From IMG/VR virus record IMGVR_UViG_3300021599_002354: 64,000 nt of DNA; one strand, 5' to 3'. Source of the DNA: an uncultured virus (IMG/VR IMGVR_UViG_3300021599_002354). Taxonomy: Duplodnaviria; Heunggongvirae; Uroviricota; Caudoviricetes. Shown piece after piece: positions 1-9,673 of this stretch. The first letter of the stretch is position 1; every line of letters starts with the position of its first letter. A model generated the notes under the pieces. It saw nothing but the letters and a program-made list of their open reading frames with translations. It ran no database searches and was not told where the DNA came from. Both the position numbers and the translations under genes were made by a program.

Positions 1-660
1 CTGAGGAACCAGATGATCCTGAAGATCCAGATGTTCCACTTGTACCAGATGTACCTCTTGTACCTGAAGAACCGGAAGATCCTGATGAACCCGATGTTCC
101 TGAAGAACCCGATGTTCCTGAAGAACCATTAGATCCAGATGATCCACTACTACCACTTGTACCTGAAGATCCACTTGAACCCGAAGAACCGTTAGACCCT
201 GAAGTACCAGATGATCCCGAAGATCCAGATGTTCCTGAAGATCCTGAGGATCCACTCGATCCACTCGATCCACTTGAACCTGATGATCCTGATGTACCAC
301 TACTTCCTGAACTTCCTGATGTACCTGAAGATCCAGAACTTCCACTTGTACCAGAAGAACCTGACGATCCTGATGTACCGCTACTTCCTGATGAACCGGA
401 ACTTCCACTTGTGCCTGAGGTTCCTGATGTACCTCTTGTTCCAGATGAACCAGATGATCCTGAAGAACCTGAAGAACCAGATGTTCCGCTTGAACCTGAT
501 GATCCAGAAGTTCCTGAACTACCTGATGATCCACTTGTACCAGAAGAACCCGAACTACCACTTGAACCTGAGGAACCAGATGATCCTGAAGATCCAGATG
601 TTCCACTTGTACCAGATGTACCTCTTGTACCTGAAGAACCGGAAGATCCTGATGAACCTC
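1..660 (-). repeat. Coding Gly-Ser-Ser/Gly-Thr-Ser 9-bp periodic tract; includes an exact 91-bp direct repeat (1..91 = 568..658)
   Basis: Direct reading of the sequence. Confidence 0.9.
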
Positions 661-2449
661 CTGTATATCTATATATGTTGTTATTTGTTGTGTTAAAATA
701 TATTTGACCAACTACTGTTCCCGTTGGGTCTGATGGTGAAGTTGGTACCTGTAATGCTCCCGTTATGAATACTGAACCCGTAAATTTATGATAATCATCT
801 AACGTGTTACCAAAATCATGTGAACCACTTGCGTATGATTCTGTAACATATAACACCGAAGATGATAGAATTAATTGTTGTGCAGTGATATTACCTTGAA
901 CTGTTAAGTTATTATCAATGAATGTGTGTCCATGAAGTTGTACTTTATGTGTTGCTGCGGTTGCACCTGTTAAATTACCAAGTCCATTTCCAAGACCTGG
1001 CCCAATTAAAACGTTACCATAAGTTGGTTCAGAAATAAATACATAATCAGTATTTGAATTAGAAGCGTTTGAAGGGTTACCGATTTCAAACATTGAACTA
1101 TTTTGATACGGTAATAATCTAAAAATTGGATATAATGATGATTTATCGTAACTTAATTCAAATTGCTTAGTACCCCCATTTAGGAAATACAAAGCATTAA
1201 TATTTGCCGAAGAATCCAAACCAACGAGTTGGTCATTCGCAGCACCACTTACATATAATGAATATGAACCTTGAGGTGCTACATTTATTCCAAGTTGTGA
1301 TCCGTTAAATTGTAAATTTGATTCACCGTTAATTAGTCCGCTTGTTCCTGTTGCGGTTAAAACGTAATTATCTACATTATTGTTAATTGTTGCTGCCCCC
1401 GATGTTCCTGAACTTCCCGCACTTCCACTACTACCACTTGTACCCGAAGAACCCGAACTACCCGATGTTCCACTTGAACCAGATGATCCTGAAGAACCAC
1501 TACTACCACTTGAACCTGAACTACCTGATGTTCCGCTTGAACCAGACGATCCACTTGTTCCTGAAGAACCAGATGATCCAGAGGTTCCTGAAGATCCCGA
1601 TGTGCCAGATGTACCTGAAGTACCTCTTGTACCAGAAGATCCTGAAGAACCCGAACTACCTGATGATCCAGAAGTACCTGATGATCCAGAAGTACCTGAA
1701 CTACCTGACGTTCCACTTGTACCTGATGTACCGGAACTTCCGCTTGTACCTGATGATCCACTTGATCCTGATGTACCTGATGTACCGGAACTTCCGCTTG
1801 TACCAGAAGAACCAGAAGAACCTGAGGAACCAGAACTTCCACTTGTACCCGAAGAACCTGAGGAACCGGATGTTCCACTTGTTCCTGAAGAACCTGAAGA
1901 ACCTGAAGAACCTGAGGAACCTGATGTTCCAGATGACCCACTACTACCTGATGTTCCACTTGTTCCTGAAGAACCGGAACTACCAGAACTACCAGAAGAA
2001 CCTGAGGAACCAGAACTTCCACTTGTACCCGATGTGCCAGAAGTTCCTGAAGAACCGGCAGTACCCGAAGAACCCGCACCACTTACCCAAGCAGTACCAT
2101 TATATCTATATAAATTATTATCTGATGTATTATAGAATAATTGACCCGCCGTACCTGTAGCAGGATTTACATTTCCTGTTGGTAATTTAAATGATCCTGT
2201 TACTCTAAGACTACCTGTAAAATCATGATAGTCATCCATGGTATCACCAAAAACATGAGAACCACTCGCAAAAGATTCTGTCGCATAAAAGACAGATGAA
2301 CTAACAATATATTGTTGTGCGGTAATTGATCCAGTAATAACTAAATTACCGGCAATGTTTTGATTACCTTTAACTGATAAATCACCACCGACTTCAGCCG
2401 AACTTGATACGGAAAGAGATCCGGTTATTTGTGCGTCAAATATTCTCAT
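1..2449 (-). CDS. Gly-X-Ser triplet-repeat fibre/virion structural protein (3' end runs off the window; missing from the ORF track)
   Basis: ATG at 2449 (MRIFDAQITGSLSVSSSAEVGGDL...) stays open to base 2. Two long (GSS/GTS)n tracts are separated by a globular region. Confidence 0.85.
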   Translation of the reverse strand, partial: MRIFDAQITGSLSVSSSAEVGGDLSVKGNQNIAGNLVITGSITAQQYIVSSSVFYATESFASGSHVFGDTMDDYHDFTGSLRVTGSFKLPTGNVNPATGTAGQLFYNTSDNNLYRYNGTAWVSGAGSSGTAGSSGTSGTSGTSGSSGSSGSSGSSGSSGSSGTSGTSGSSGSSGTSGSSGSSGSSGSSGTSGTSGSSGSSGTSGSSGSSGSSGSSGTSGSSGTSGTSGSSGSSGTSGSSGTSGTSGTSGSSGTSGSSGTSGSSGSSGSSGSSGTRGTSGTSGTSGSSGTSGSSGSSGTSGSSGSSGTSGSSGSSGSSGSSGSSGSSGTSGSSGSSGTSGSSGSAGSSGTSGAATINNNVDNYVLTATGTSGLINGESNLQFNGSQLGINVAPQGSYSLYVSGAANDQLVGLDSSANINALYFLNGGTKQFELSYDKSSLYPIFRLLPYQNSSMFEIGNPSNASNSNTDYVFISEPTYGNVLIGPGLGNGLGNLTGATAATHKVQLHGHTFIDNNLTVQGNITAQQLILSSSVLYVTESYASGSHDFGNTLDDYHKFTGSVFITGALQVPTSPSDPTGTVVGQIYFNTTNNNIYRYTGGSSGSSGSSGTRGTSGTSGTSGSSGSSGSSGSSGSSGSSGTSGSSGSSGTSGSSGSSGTSGSSGSSGSSGSSGTRGTSGTSGTSGSSGSSGSSGTSGSSGSSGTSGSSGSSGTSGSSGSSGTSGSSGSSGSSGSSGSSGSSGTSGSSGSSGTSGSNGSSGSSGSSGTSGSSGSSGSNGSSGTSGSSGTSGSSGSSGSSGTRGTSGTSGTSGSSGSSGSS
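1400..2080 (-). repeat. Coding Gly-X-Ser tract
   Basis: 9-bp periodicity; translates as GSSGTSGSS... Confidence 0.9.
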
Positions 2450-2470
2450 GTAAAATTGGTATTATACTCA

Positions 2471-2479
2471 TATAAATAC
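2471..2479 (-). promoter_or_regulatory. GTATTTATA putative phage (late) promoter motif
   Basis: 22 nt upstream of ATG 2449; the motif recurs before several other genes. Confidence 0.55.
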
Positions 2480-2510
2480 TTAGTACATACCTTTTATACA
2501 ATAAAATATT

Positions 2511-4910
2511 CTATCTTATTATATTAATAAATGAATTTATAACGTCTGATGAAGATATTGACTTAGAACATTCGAACTGTCTGTCGGTTCCTTTATGTTC
2601 AGGACACCAATTCCAATCCCCTGGATCAAATTTATGTTTGTGCCAACAACTATTACAAACATTTTTATTAATTACTCTTATGATACCTTCTTTTGGTTCT
2701 AAATAATCATCCGTGAAACCAGAAATTAAAACTGTTGGTGTTTCACTTGCCCAACTTAACCAACTCAAACCGCTACTAATACCAATAAAAAATTCAGATT
2801 CTTGTAATGTTTTCAGGATTTCTTTTATGTTACTTGGAGGTTGTTGTATAACCCCTTTTGGATTTTTATTTCCCATAAACCCATCCTCTTCTCTTGATAA
2901 TAATCTAACTTCGTATCCCTGACTTTTTAATTTATCTACAACTTCCTGCCATCCGTTTGGATTATTCCAATACTTTGCTTGGGCGGTTGAATGAATTGCA
3001 ATACAAACTCTTTTTTTCTTTTGTTTTCCCAACTTAGGTAATTTTGGTTTCAATTCTTCAAAATCGAAACCAAGAATGTCAGATCCAATTTTTTGTAATG
3101 GTTCTTTAATTGGATTGGATGGGTGTCTTGTCATATCAACATTACCATCATTATCATAAAATAAACCAAGTCTAAATAATGAATATATATTTTCTACGGA
3201 CGTACCCGGTTCAACAAATTCTATTTCAGGATATTGTTTTGCAAATAAATCATTATGAAATGTGGAACAAATAACTTTACAATTTTTTTCTTTTCTGAAC
3301 TTTTCAACATATGGAATAAAAGCCAAATTGTCACCCAAAGATTTTGTTTCAAAACAAATTAGATTTCTATTTCCTTCAGGATTGAAAACAAAATCATGTT
3401 TAAAATCATTATCAAGACCCTGAACTCTAATTATCCAATCAACATAATATTTTGTCGAGGACTTTGCCCACTGATTACTTTTTAATTCAGTTTCATATTC
3501 AATTACATTTGTTTTAGAATTGATGAAACTAACCTTATACTTTAAAGATACATCATCTAATATTTCAATAAACGGACCGTCTATGAAGTTAACATTAACT
3601 CTTCTGTTAGAACTTTTGTTCGTCCATTCCAAATAATTTTTTCTTTTATACTCTCTAAGATTTTCTTTTAATACCTCAGAAAATACCTCAAGTCCTTGGT
3701 AATAAATTTTTACAATTCCGTTTTGATGATAGTAACCAAGTTCTTCTACTTGGTAATGTCCTTTGAAAACTGTGATAAATTTAGACCTATTGTTATATAC
3801 TATTTCTATTAAATAATCTTTATCTGCCGGTTTTTCTGAGAATCCTGAAATGAAGTGTGAGTATAATTTGTTATTTGCATCAACGACCAAATAGGTTTGG
3901 AATCTTGCACCGTATTTTAATATTCCGTTTCTATTCCAAGCCGCAAATATGTTTAATTCATCGTCATTTGCAATATACTTACTCACAGTAACATTATCTG
4001 TAACTCTTCTTAGTGATTGATAAAACACATTTTCAAGTTGCCAACCATTTGGTTTATTTTTAAAATATTCTTTTTTAGAATTAAATTGTTCAACTACTTT
4101 CAAACCAACTTCAGTTCTTATTGAGAAGATATACGTGGCACAATATGGAATACTTTCTCTCGTAGATCCTTCTGAGTATTCATATAAAACCGCATCATGA
4201 TTTCTTATATACTCCATAAAAGATTGTCGATATTGAATCTCATCAGGTAAATTATCATATTCTAAAAAGTGAATATATTTTTTACCCAAACGATTTGCAA
4301 ATTCAAATGCATTTTTCATTGTTAACCAAATTGCATAATCGTGATGAAAATTAACCCTATTAGTTATTTTACAATTATGCATTTGGGTCCATCTATTACT
4401 ATAAACCTCGTATTCTTCAAAATCTTTTTCAAGAAGGATATCATTATTGTTATCAAACAAATAATAATCAACTTTCTTTTGGATTTCAGGATTTACAGGG
4501 TAATGTCCACACAAAATCACCGGTGCACCAAACACTTTAACTCTATCAATTAAATCTGATAATACCTTTTCTTTATCTTTATTATCCGGCCAACAATCAA
4601 TTATGAAAACATCATCAGTGAATTGTGTGTATTTTGGTTCTGATTTCTTAAAACCATAAAAATATAAGTCAGATGGTATTTCAATATCAGTGTCTTTTAT
4701 TTCAAAATATGTATTTGTAAATGTTTCTGTAAAATTTGGTATAACTTTAAAATCTTCTGGTGTTAAATTTTTATAATAATCCGCCCACTTTTCAGATATT
4801 TGAATTAATAATGGTGCACAATCTTCTCCTTGTCTTCTTGTTCCATGTTCAGGTCTTCCTGGTGCAGCACAAGTAAACAAAAATAAACCACCAGGTTTTA
4901 ACATTCTCAT
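2511..4910 (-). CDS. Multidomain protein: methyltransferase remnant + central unknown/GT-like region + C-terminal Aah/TibC-family (autotransporter O-heptosyltransferase-like) glycosyltransferase
   Basis: Motifs VNFIDGPFIEI, SLGDNLAFIPY, HSTAQAKYWNNPNGW, FIGISSGLSWLSWA and Cys cluster CNSCW...WNWCP...FECSK. Confidence 0.8.
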   Translation of the reverse strand: MRMLKPGGLFLFTCAAPGRPEHGTRRQGEDCAPLLIQISEKWADYYKNLTPEDFKVIPNFTETFTNTYFEIKDTDIEIPSDLYFYGFKKSEPKYTQFTDDVFIIDCWPDNKDKEKVLSDLIDRVKVFGAPVILCGHYPVNPEIQKKVDYYLFDNNNDILLEKDFEEYEVYSNRWTQMHNCKITNRVNFHHDYAIWLTMKNAFEFANRLGKKYIHFLEYDNLPDEIQYRQSFMEYIRNHDAVLYEYSEGSTRESIPYCATYIFSIRTEVGLKVVEQFNSKKEYFKNKPNGWQLENVFYQSLRRVTDNVTVSKYIANDDELNIFAAWNRNGILKYGARFQTYLVVDANNKLYSHFISGFSEKPADKDYLIEIVYNNRSKFITVFKGHYQVEELGYYHQNGIVKIYYQGLEVFSEVLKENLREYKRKNYLEWTNKSSNRRVNVNFIDGPFIEILDDVSLKYKVSFINSKTNVIEYETELKSNQWAKSSTKYYVDWIIRVQGLDNDFKHDFVFNPEGNRNLICFETKSLGDNLAFIPYVEKFRKEKNCKVICSTFHNDLFAKQYPEIEFVEPGTSVENIYSLFRLGLFYDNDGNVDMTRHPSNPIKEPLQKIGSDILGFDFEELKPKLPKLGKQKKKRVCIAIHSTAQAKYWNNPNGWQEVVDKLKSQGYEVRLLSREEDGFMGNKNPKGVIQQPPSNIKEILKTLQESEFFIGISSGLSWLSWASETPTVLISGFTDDYLEPKEGIIRVINKNVCNSCWHKHKFDPGDWNWCPEHKGTDRQFECSKSISSSDVINSFINIIR

Positions 4911-4931
4911 GACATTTTCTACTGTTTTTTG

Positions 4932-5105
4932 TTAGTATCTACCTTCACCAACGTCAATACCTGTATAGTCACAATGTTCAAATAGTGTTCTATTACTTCC
5001 ATTGATGTCCAATGAACCAATGTCTAATACTCTTTTATATTTAAAAAATTCAGGAAACTGTTCTTTAACACTTTCGCAAAACGCTCTTTGTTCAATATGT
5101 GCCAT
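4932..5105 (-). pseudogene. N-terminal half of a class I SAM methyltransferase, in frame with 2511..4910 but cut off by TAA at 4932..4934
   Basis: MAHIEQRAFCESVKEQFPEFFKYKRVLDIGSLDINGSNR...GIDVGEGRY*QKTVENVMRMLKPGG. Confidence 0.7.
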
Positions 5106-5767
5106 TATCTTTTTGTAATTATTGTTATGCTATTTAAAAAGTTTATTGATTCAATATCAGTTCTACAATCAGGTTGTTGTCTTTTTGATATAGGTATTAA
5201 TATATCTTCTTTTCTCCACCAAACTCTTTTTTGATCGTCAATATTTTCCATACCTCTAAAATTAATATCGTCAACTAATTTTTTAGTGTACTCTATCATC
5301 GTATTTGTTTGTAAATGATTTCCTCCATACGGTGGCCAATATGAACAACAAGTATCTTCCATAACATAAACACCATTTGGTTTTACGTAAGGAAATAATT
5401 TCTCGAAAGAAAATATTACGTGTTCATTCATATGTGATCCGTCATCAAGTATCATATCGAAAGGACCATATTTTTCACAGATGTACTTAAGAAAATTTTC
5501 ATCAATTTGTGATCCAATTTCTACTATTACTTTATCTTCTTCATATTTTTTACAATCAGGATTTATATCAATTCCAATTATGTAAGAATTATAAAAATAT
5601 TCTTTCCATGTTTTTAGTGATTCACCATTCAAAACACCAATTTCTAAAATTTTTAAATAATCATGTCTTTCGAAAGGAAGGTACTTCTCATACTTTACAC
5701 AATAGTTATGAACTTCAGATGATTTGTCTGTTCCGTATTTTTTTGCTATATTATTTAATTCACTCAT
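5105..5767 (-). CDS. Class I SAM-dependent (sugar) O-methyltransferase, MycE/TylE-like
   Basis: KYGTDK..HNY, ILEIGV, FDMILDDGSH, GVYVMED. Confidence 0.8.
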   Translation of the reverse strand: MSELNNIAKKYGTDKSSEVHNYCVKYEKYLPFERHDYLKILEIGVLNGESLKTWKEYFYNSYIIGIDINPDCKKYEEDKVIVEIGSQIDENFLKYICEKYGPFDMILDDGSHMNEHVIFSFEKLFPYVKPNGVYVMEDTCCSYWPPYGGNHLQTNTMIEYTKKLVDDINFRGMENIDDQKRVWWRKEDILIPISKRQQPDCRTDIESINFLNSITIITKR

Positions 5768-8472
5768 TTCCAAAAATATATTAATTGTAAACTATTATCT
5801 GGCCCACAAAATAACAAATATGAATTGAAACCAAGTTTTACTAACCTATTAATTAATTGATCTCTAAGTTCATCATTATAGTTGAATTGTGCGTTATGGT
5901 ATTCCATAGAAATATTTCTAACTTTCATTAAGTTTTCGTCAGAAATTCCCATCATCGCATGTTGTTCTGCACCTTCAATGTCAATTTTTAAGAAATCAAT
6001 CTTATCGACCATTCCCACATCAAAAAGATAATCTAAAGTGTAAGTTCTTACAGGATATTTATTTAACGCATCTCCAAACTCAATTAAACTTGATCCTCCG
6101 AGATGTGGACTTTCGTGTAAAATAAATTCACCCATACTATCACTAATTGCCGCGTTAAATAAAATAGATCTTGGGTCGGCATTTAATGATAATAGTTTAA
6201 AATATCTTTTATCTGGTTCAAATGAAATAACTCTTGATGCACCTTCACTGTATGCCCATCTATTAAACACACCGATATTTCCACCAAGATCCACAACAAC
6301 ATCACCCTCATTAATTTTTTTAATTCTTTGGTGATAATAATCTTTTAAATTATAAATTTCATGATATATTGCCCTTCCCCAACCATATTGATTTGCCACT
6401 AACATAGTTCCACCTTCAACATCTTTTATATCACCAAAGTTTTCTAATTTGTAAACATCCGTATAAAATTGTTCTGATTTATAAAACGAACCATCTCTTT
6501 TCATTTTAATAAAATCAATCATTTTATCTGAAATATCGGCATTTTTATTTCCGTGAAAATAAATTATTTGAGACTTATCTTTAGGTATAAATTGATATCC
6601 AAATATTCTATTGAAGTTTTGTGGGCCATCCTCATTCCAAAATTTATAGAAATGATGTAGACTTTGATTAGTTACACCATCATCTCCGTCATATGATGAG
6701 GTATCAAAATTGGAAAGTGGTAAATGTTTTTTAAACCCATGTTTCCATCTTAAAAAATTATCAATTCCCTCATCATTCCATAGAAAATATTTTGAATATT
6801 CATCTAACGGAATCTCCATGTACATTTTTATAATCTCATCAAACCACCATTTACAATTTTTATTGTACACATAAAAACAAATGTGCATGTATGGTTGTCC
6901 TTTTGGTATATTATATTTTTCAGATAGTCTTTGATTGAATAATTGAGATCCTCCTTCATATATTCCGAAAAATTCTTCCTGAACATGTATATCAGATAAT
7001 GGATAATTTTCAATGTCTTTGAAATATTTTTTTACACTATCGATATTGTAGTTTACAACTACGTCGCCATCAATCCAAATGTAATTGTCAAAATCTTCTT
7101 TAATTGATTCAATACATGCATATTGTTTCCAATACCATTTATCATGTTTTGAATGTTTTGGTGGGTCAATTCTTCTTTTTATTATATTTGGATAATCAAA
7201 AGGAACGTCACAATCAATACCGTAAACGATAATTTTTTGTTCTGAAAATTCCAATAAAGATTGTACAAGTTTTTCAATAACCGGCATATACCCAATATTT
7301 CCAGTGGTAACAAATGCAAACGGTTTAATTTTTGTTTCAAGATGTTCTGCAGCCTCTTTTGCAATCTTTTCCCAATTAAAGTTTTCATGTATATCCTTTG
7401 AATCCCCAACTGCCTTTATCCACATTGCAGTATGATAGTTGTACGCTTCTCTCATTCTATACTTTAGATCATCCCAATCTGGTTCACAATATTCACCAGG
7501 CCATTCTTTATGTTCAATGTTGGCCGGTCTTAAATGTGAAATATCAACAGGTACCCCTTTACCTTTTGCAAACTGTAATTGTCCACCCCAATTAGAATAT
7601 ATTGAAGGTGTACCACAAGCCATTGCTTCAATTAATGGTAAATTCCAACCTTCACTTCTTGCACATGAAACAAAAACATGTCCAGTTTGTAAATAATTAA
7701 CATATTCTTCTCTTGATGGAAAATTCAAAAACTTAATGTTCTTTGTATCGATATTATGTTTTTGAATTCTTTCTTCAGTGGAATTCATTCCATCAAAAGG
7801 ATAAGGATTTTCAACAGACGCAAGTAATTCCACATCGTCATCGTCTTTAAATTCTTCGGCGAAAGCTTTTAATATTTCAGTGGTGCCTTTTCTATAATCC
7901 CATCTACCAAAATGTACAAATCTGATCTTATCTCTTTCAGGGAACTTTTCAATTGGTTTGAATGTATCAACATCCACACCTTCAGGAACTATATGGATTT
8001 TTTCTTTAGGGTATCCCTGTTCAACTAAACAATCAAACTGCCATTCAGTTGGTACCCATACCTCATCAAAATAAAATAATCTTTTGAAAAATTCATCAGG
8101 ATATCTCGTAGATTCCCATACATTATATGCAATTTTATAACCATTATATTCATCATAAAAATAGTGGTTATTTGTTTCCACTAAGACTATGTGTACATCT
8201 GGTATATAATTTTCTTGATATGCATACATTGGGTGATCGGTCATTGTCCCATCTATATTATATAATGTTTGTTGGAAAAGCATAGATTTTATCTCATCAG
8301 TCATGTATGATTCACCATCATGAGGATGGTAATTCATACCTTTCCAACTATTACCGATTGTTAAATTTCTAACTTTAACAGTATGATGTTTATTTAATGC
8401 ACAAAAAAAGGACCTTGCGTGGTTAGCATATCCTGTTGTTCCTATAAATGAAGTGTGAGCAAGTATTTTCAT
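5764..8472 (-). CDS. Tri-domain protein: GT4 glycosyltransferase + GT-A-like domain + FkbM-family methyltransferase
   Basis: TTGYANHAR, GRWDYRKG, SEGWNLPLIEAMACG; WIDGD; VVDLGGNIG, FEPD, LKIDIEGAE. Confidence 0.85.
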   Translation of the reverse strand: MKILAHTSFIGTTGYANHARSFFCALNKHHTVKVRNLTIGNSWKGMNYHPHDGESYMTDEIKSMLFQQTLYNIDGTMTDHPMYAYQENYIPDVHIVLVETNNHYFYDEYNGYKIAYNVWESTRYPDEFFKRLFYFDEVWVPTEWQFDCLVEQGYPKEKIHIVPEGVDVDTFKPIEKFPERDKIRFVHFGRWDYRKGTTEILKAFAEEFKDDDDVELLASVENPYPFDGMNSTEERIQKHNIDTKNIKFLNFPSREEYVNYLQTGHVFVSCARSEGWNLPLIEAMACGTPSIYSNWGGQLQFAKGKGVPVDISHLRPANIEHKEWPGEYCEPDWDDLKYRMREAYNYHTAMWIKAVGDSKDIHENFNWEKIAKEAAEHLETKIKPFAFVTTGNIGYMPVIEKLVQSLLEFSEQKIIVYGIDCDVPFDYPNIIKRRIDPPKHSKHDKWYWKQYACIESIKEDFDNYIWIDGDVVVNYNIDSVKKYFKDIENYPLSDIHVQEEFFGIYEGGSQLFNQRLSEKYNIPKGQPYMHICFYVYNKNCKWWFDEIIKMYMEIPLDEYSKYFLWNDEGIDNFLRWKHGFKKHLPLSNFDTSSYDGDDGVTNQSLHHFYKFWNEDGPQNFNRIFGYQFIPKDKSQIIYFHGNKNADISDKMIDFIKMKRDGSFYKSEQFYTDVYKLENFGDIKDVEGGTMLVANQYGWGRAIYHEIYNLKDYYHQRIKKINEGDVVVDLGGNIGVFNRWAYSEGASRVISFEPDKRYFKLLSLNADPRSILFNAAISDSMGEFILHESPHLGGSSLIEFGDALNKYPVRTYTLDYLFDVGMVDKIDFLKIDIEGAEQHAMMGISDENLMKVRNISMEYHNAQFNYNDELRDQLINRLVKLGFNSYLLFCGPDNSLQLIYFWK

Positions 8473-8479
8473 TAGGAAA

Positions 8480-8508
8480 AATATACAAAAAATAAGTTAA
8501 AAAATCAA
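8480..8508 (-). promoter_or_regulatory. sigma70-like promoter TTGATT-N17-TATATT
   Basis: Directly upstream of ATG 8472; the same hexamers and spacing occur at 16803..16831. Confidence 0.45.
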
Positions 8509-9096
8509 TTAAATTATCCTTGTGTTTTTTACCGTTTGTCCACCTCTATATTTCTTACCAATTGACAAATCTTCGATAAATTTTGTCTCATTAATACCCA
8601 CATAAGAACATATTCTATAAAGGTCAGTTTTTTCATAAAAAATTTCTTCATATGTTATTTGTGTTTGTCTTAAGTTTCTTAAATATTCTCTACCTTCCTT
8701 TATTTTTTCAAAAAAATCTTCAATTAAATTCATGTGTTGATTAATCCAATTTTGATCTATTTGATAATTTGTATGCCATTTGTAATTTGTTTTTGCCCAT
8801 ATGGTACTTGTTGCTTGTTCAAATATATTTTCTCTTGTTAATATGAATATATTATTCCAATTAAGTGAAAAAAGATGAAAAATATTTTGTATTTTTCTAT
8901 TATGACTCCATTCACCAGTGTTTTGTTCAAAAATCAATTTCACAACTATATTATCTGAATTAAATATCTTTTCAATATCATCTTCTTTATTGTGTAAAAA
9001 TGGTTCATTTATCCAATCAATTTCTAATTCTTTACTTAACCAATTAGAAAAAACAGTACCACCCGTTCTTGGTTGTGCAATTATTAAAATTCTCAT
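8509..9096 (-). CDS. Sulfotransferase (Stf0-like)
   Basis: 5'-PSB loop AQPRTGGT, NEPF, LTREN..Q..S, ITYEE. Confidence 0.7.
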   Translation of the reverse strand: MRILIIAQPRTGGTVFSNWLSKELEIDWINEPFLHNKEDDIEKIFNSDNIVVKLIFEQNTGEWSHNRKIQNIFHLFSLNWNNIFILTRENIFEQATSTIWAKTNYKWHTNYQIDQNWINQHMNLIEDFFEKIKEGREYLRNLRQTQITYEEIFYEKTDLYRICSYVGINETKFIEDLSIGKKYRGGQTVKNTRII

Positions 9097-9105
9097 ATAA
9101 TTAAA

Positions 9106-9672
9106 CTAAATTAAAGTTTTCTTATAATTAGTATCTGGCAATAAACGAAACCAATTCACTAATGAGTATCTTGTATTTTCAGTAACTTCAGTGACACGAT
9201 GTGTCATGTTCGATAGAAATACGAACAAATTACCTTTACCGTTTTCAAACTTGAAAATTTCCCCATTTTCATCTTTTATTAATTCCAAATCTCCTCCTTT
9301 GTATTCATCATTCAATTGAATAACAATTGAACAATATCTTTCAGATGCAAACCCCACAGTGCTTGAGTCCGTATGCCAATTGTAAAATTCACCAACATCA
9401 TATTTAGTAAACTGATATAATTGATTATCAAAATTTATTTTATAACCTTTTATTTTTATTTCTTTTGATATTTCTTTTAATAATTTTTCTTTTATATATG
9501 GAAAAACGTCATCATAATTTGTAAACGAGATTGAAGATTTTCTTGATTTTTCATTATACTCATTCGCACCAACTAAACCATTTCTAAATTTAAGATTTTG
9601 CAACGAATAATTTACAATTTCATTGCATTGTTCTTCTGTCAAAAATTTTTGTATTGTAAAATATTGTATCAT
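9106..9672 (-). CDS. 2OG-Fe(II) oxygenase (prolyl 4-hydroxylase-like)
   Basis: WHTD, YKGGDL, HRVTEV..RYSLVNW; likely start MIQYF at 9672. Confidence 0.85.
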   Translation of the reverse strand: MIQYFTIQKFLTEEQCNEIVNYSLQNLKFRNGLVGANEYNEKSRKSSISFTNYDDVFPYIKEKLLKEISKEIKIKGYKINFDNQLYQFTKYDVGEFYNWHTDSSTVGFASERYCSIVIQLNDEYKGGDLELIKDENGEIFKFENGKGNLFVFLSNMTHRVTEVTENTRYSLVNWFRLLPDTNYKKTLI

Positions 9673-9673
9673 T

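Noticed and set aside
1..2080. Possible CRISPR array in the repetitive DNA
   Set aside because: Degenerate 9-bp coding periodicity, with no constant repeat plus unique spacers and no cas genes
211..2160. ORF-track entries rich in PEEPDVP, VLQVHQ or LMYLKN (211..696, 411..707, 1372..2082, 1380..2135, 1387..2160)
   Set aside because: These are antisense or off-frame shadows of the Gly-X-Ser tracts. The real gene is the minus-strand frame starting at 2449.
4932..4934. Stop-codon reassignment (alternative genetic code)
   Set aside because: Isolated case. TAA, TGA and TAG all terminate genes normally elsewhere, and coding density is high under code 11.
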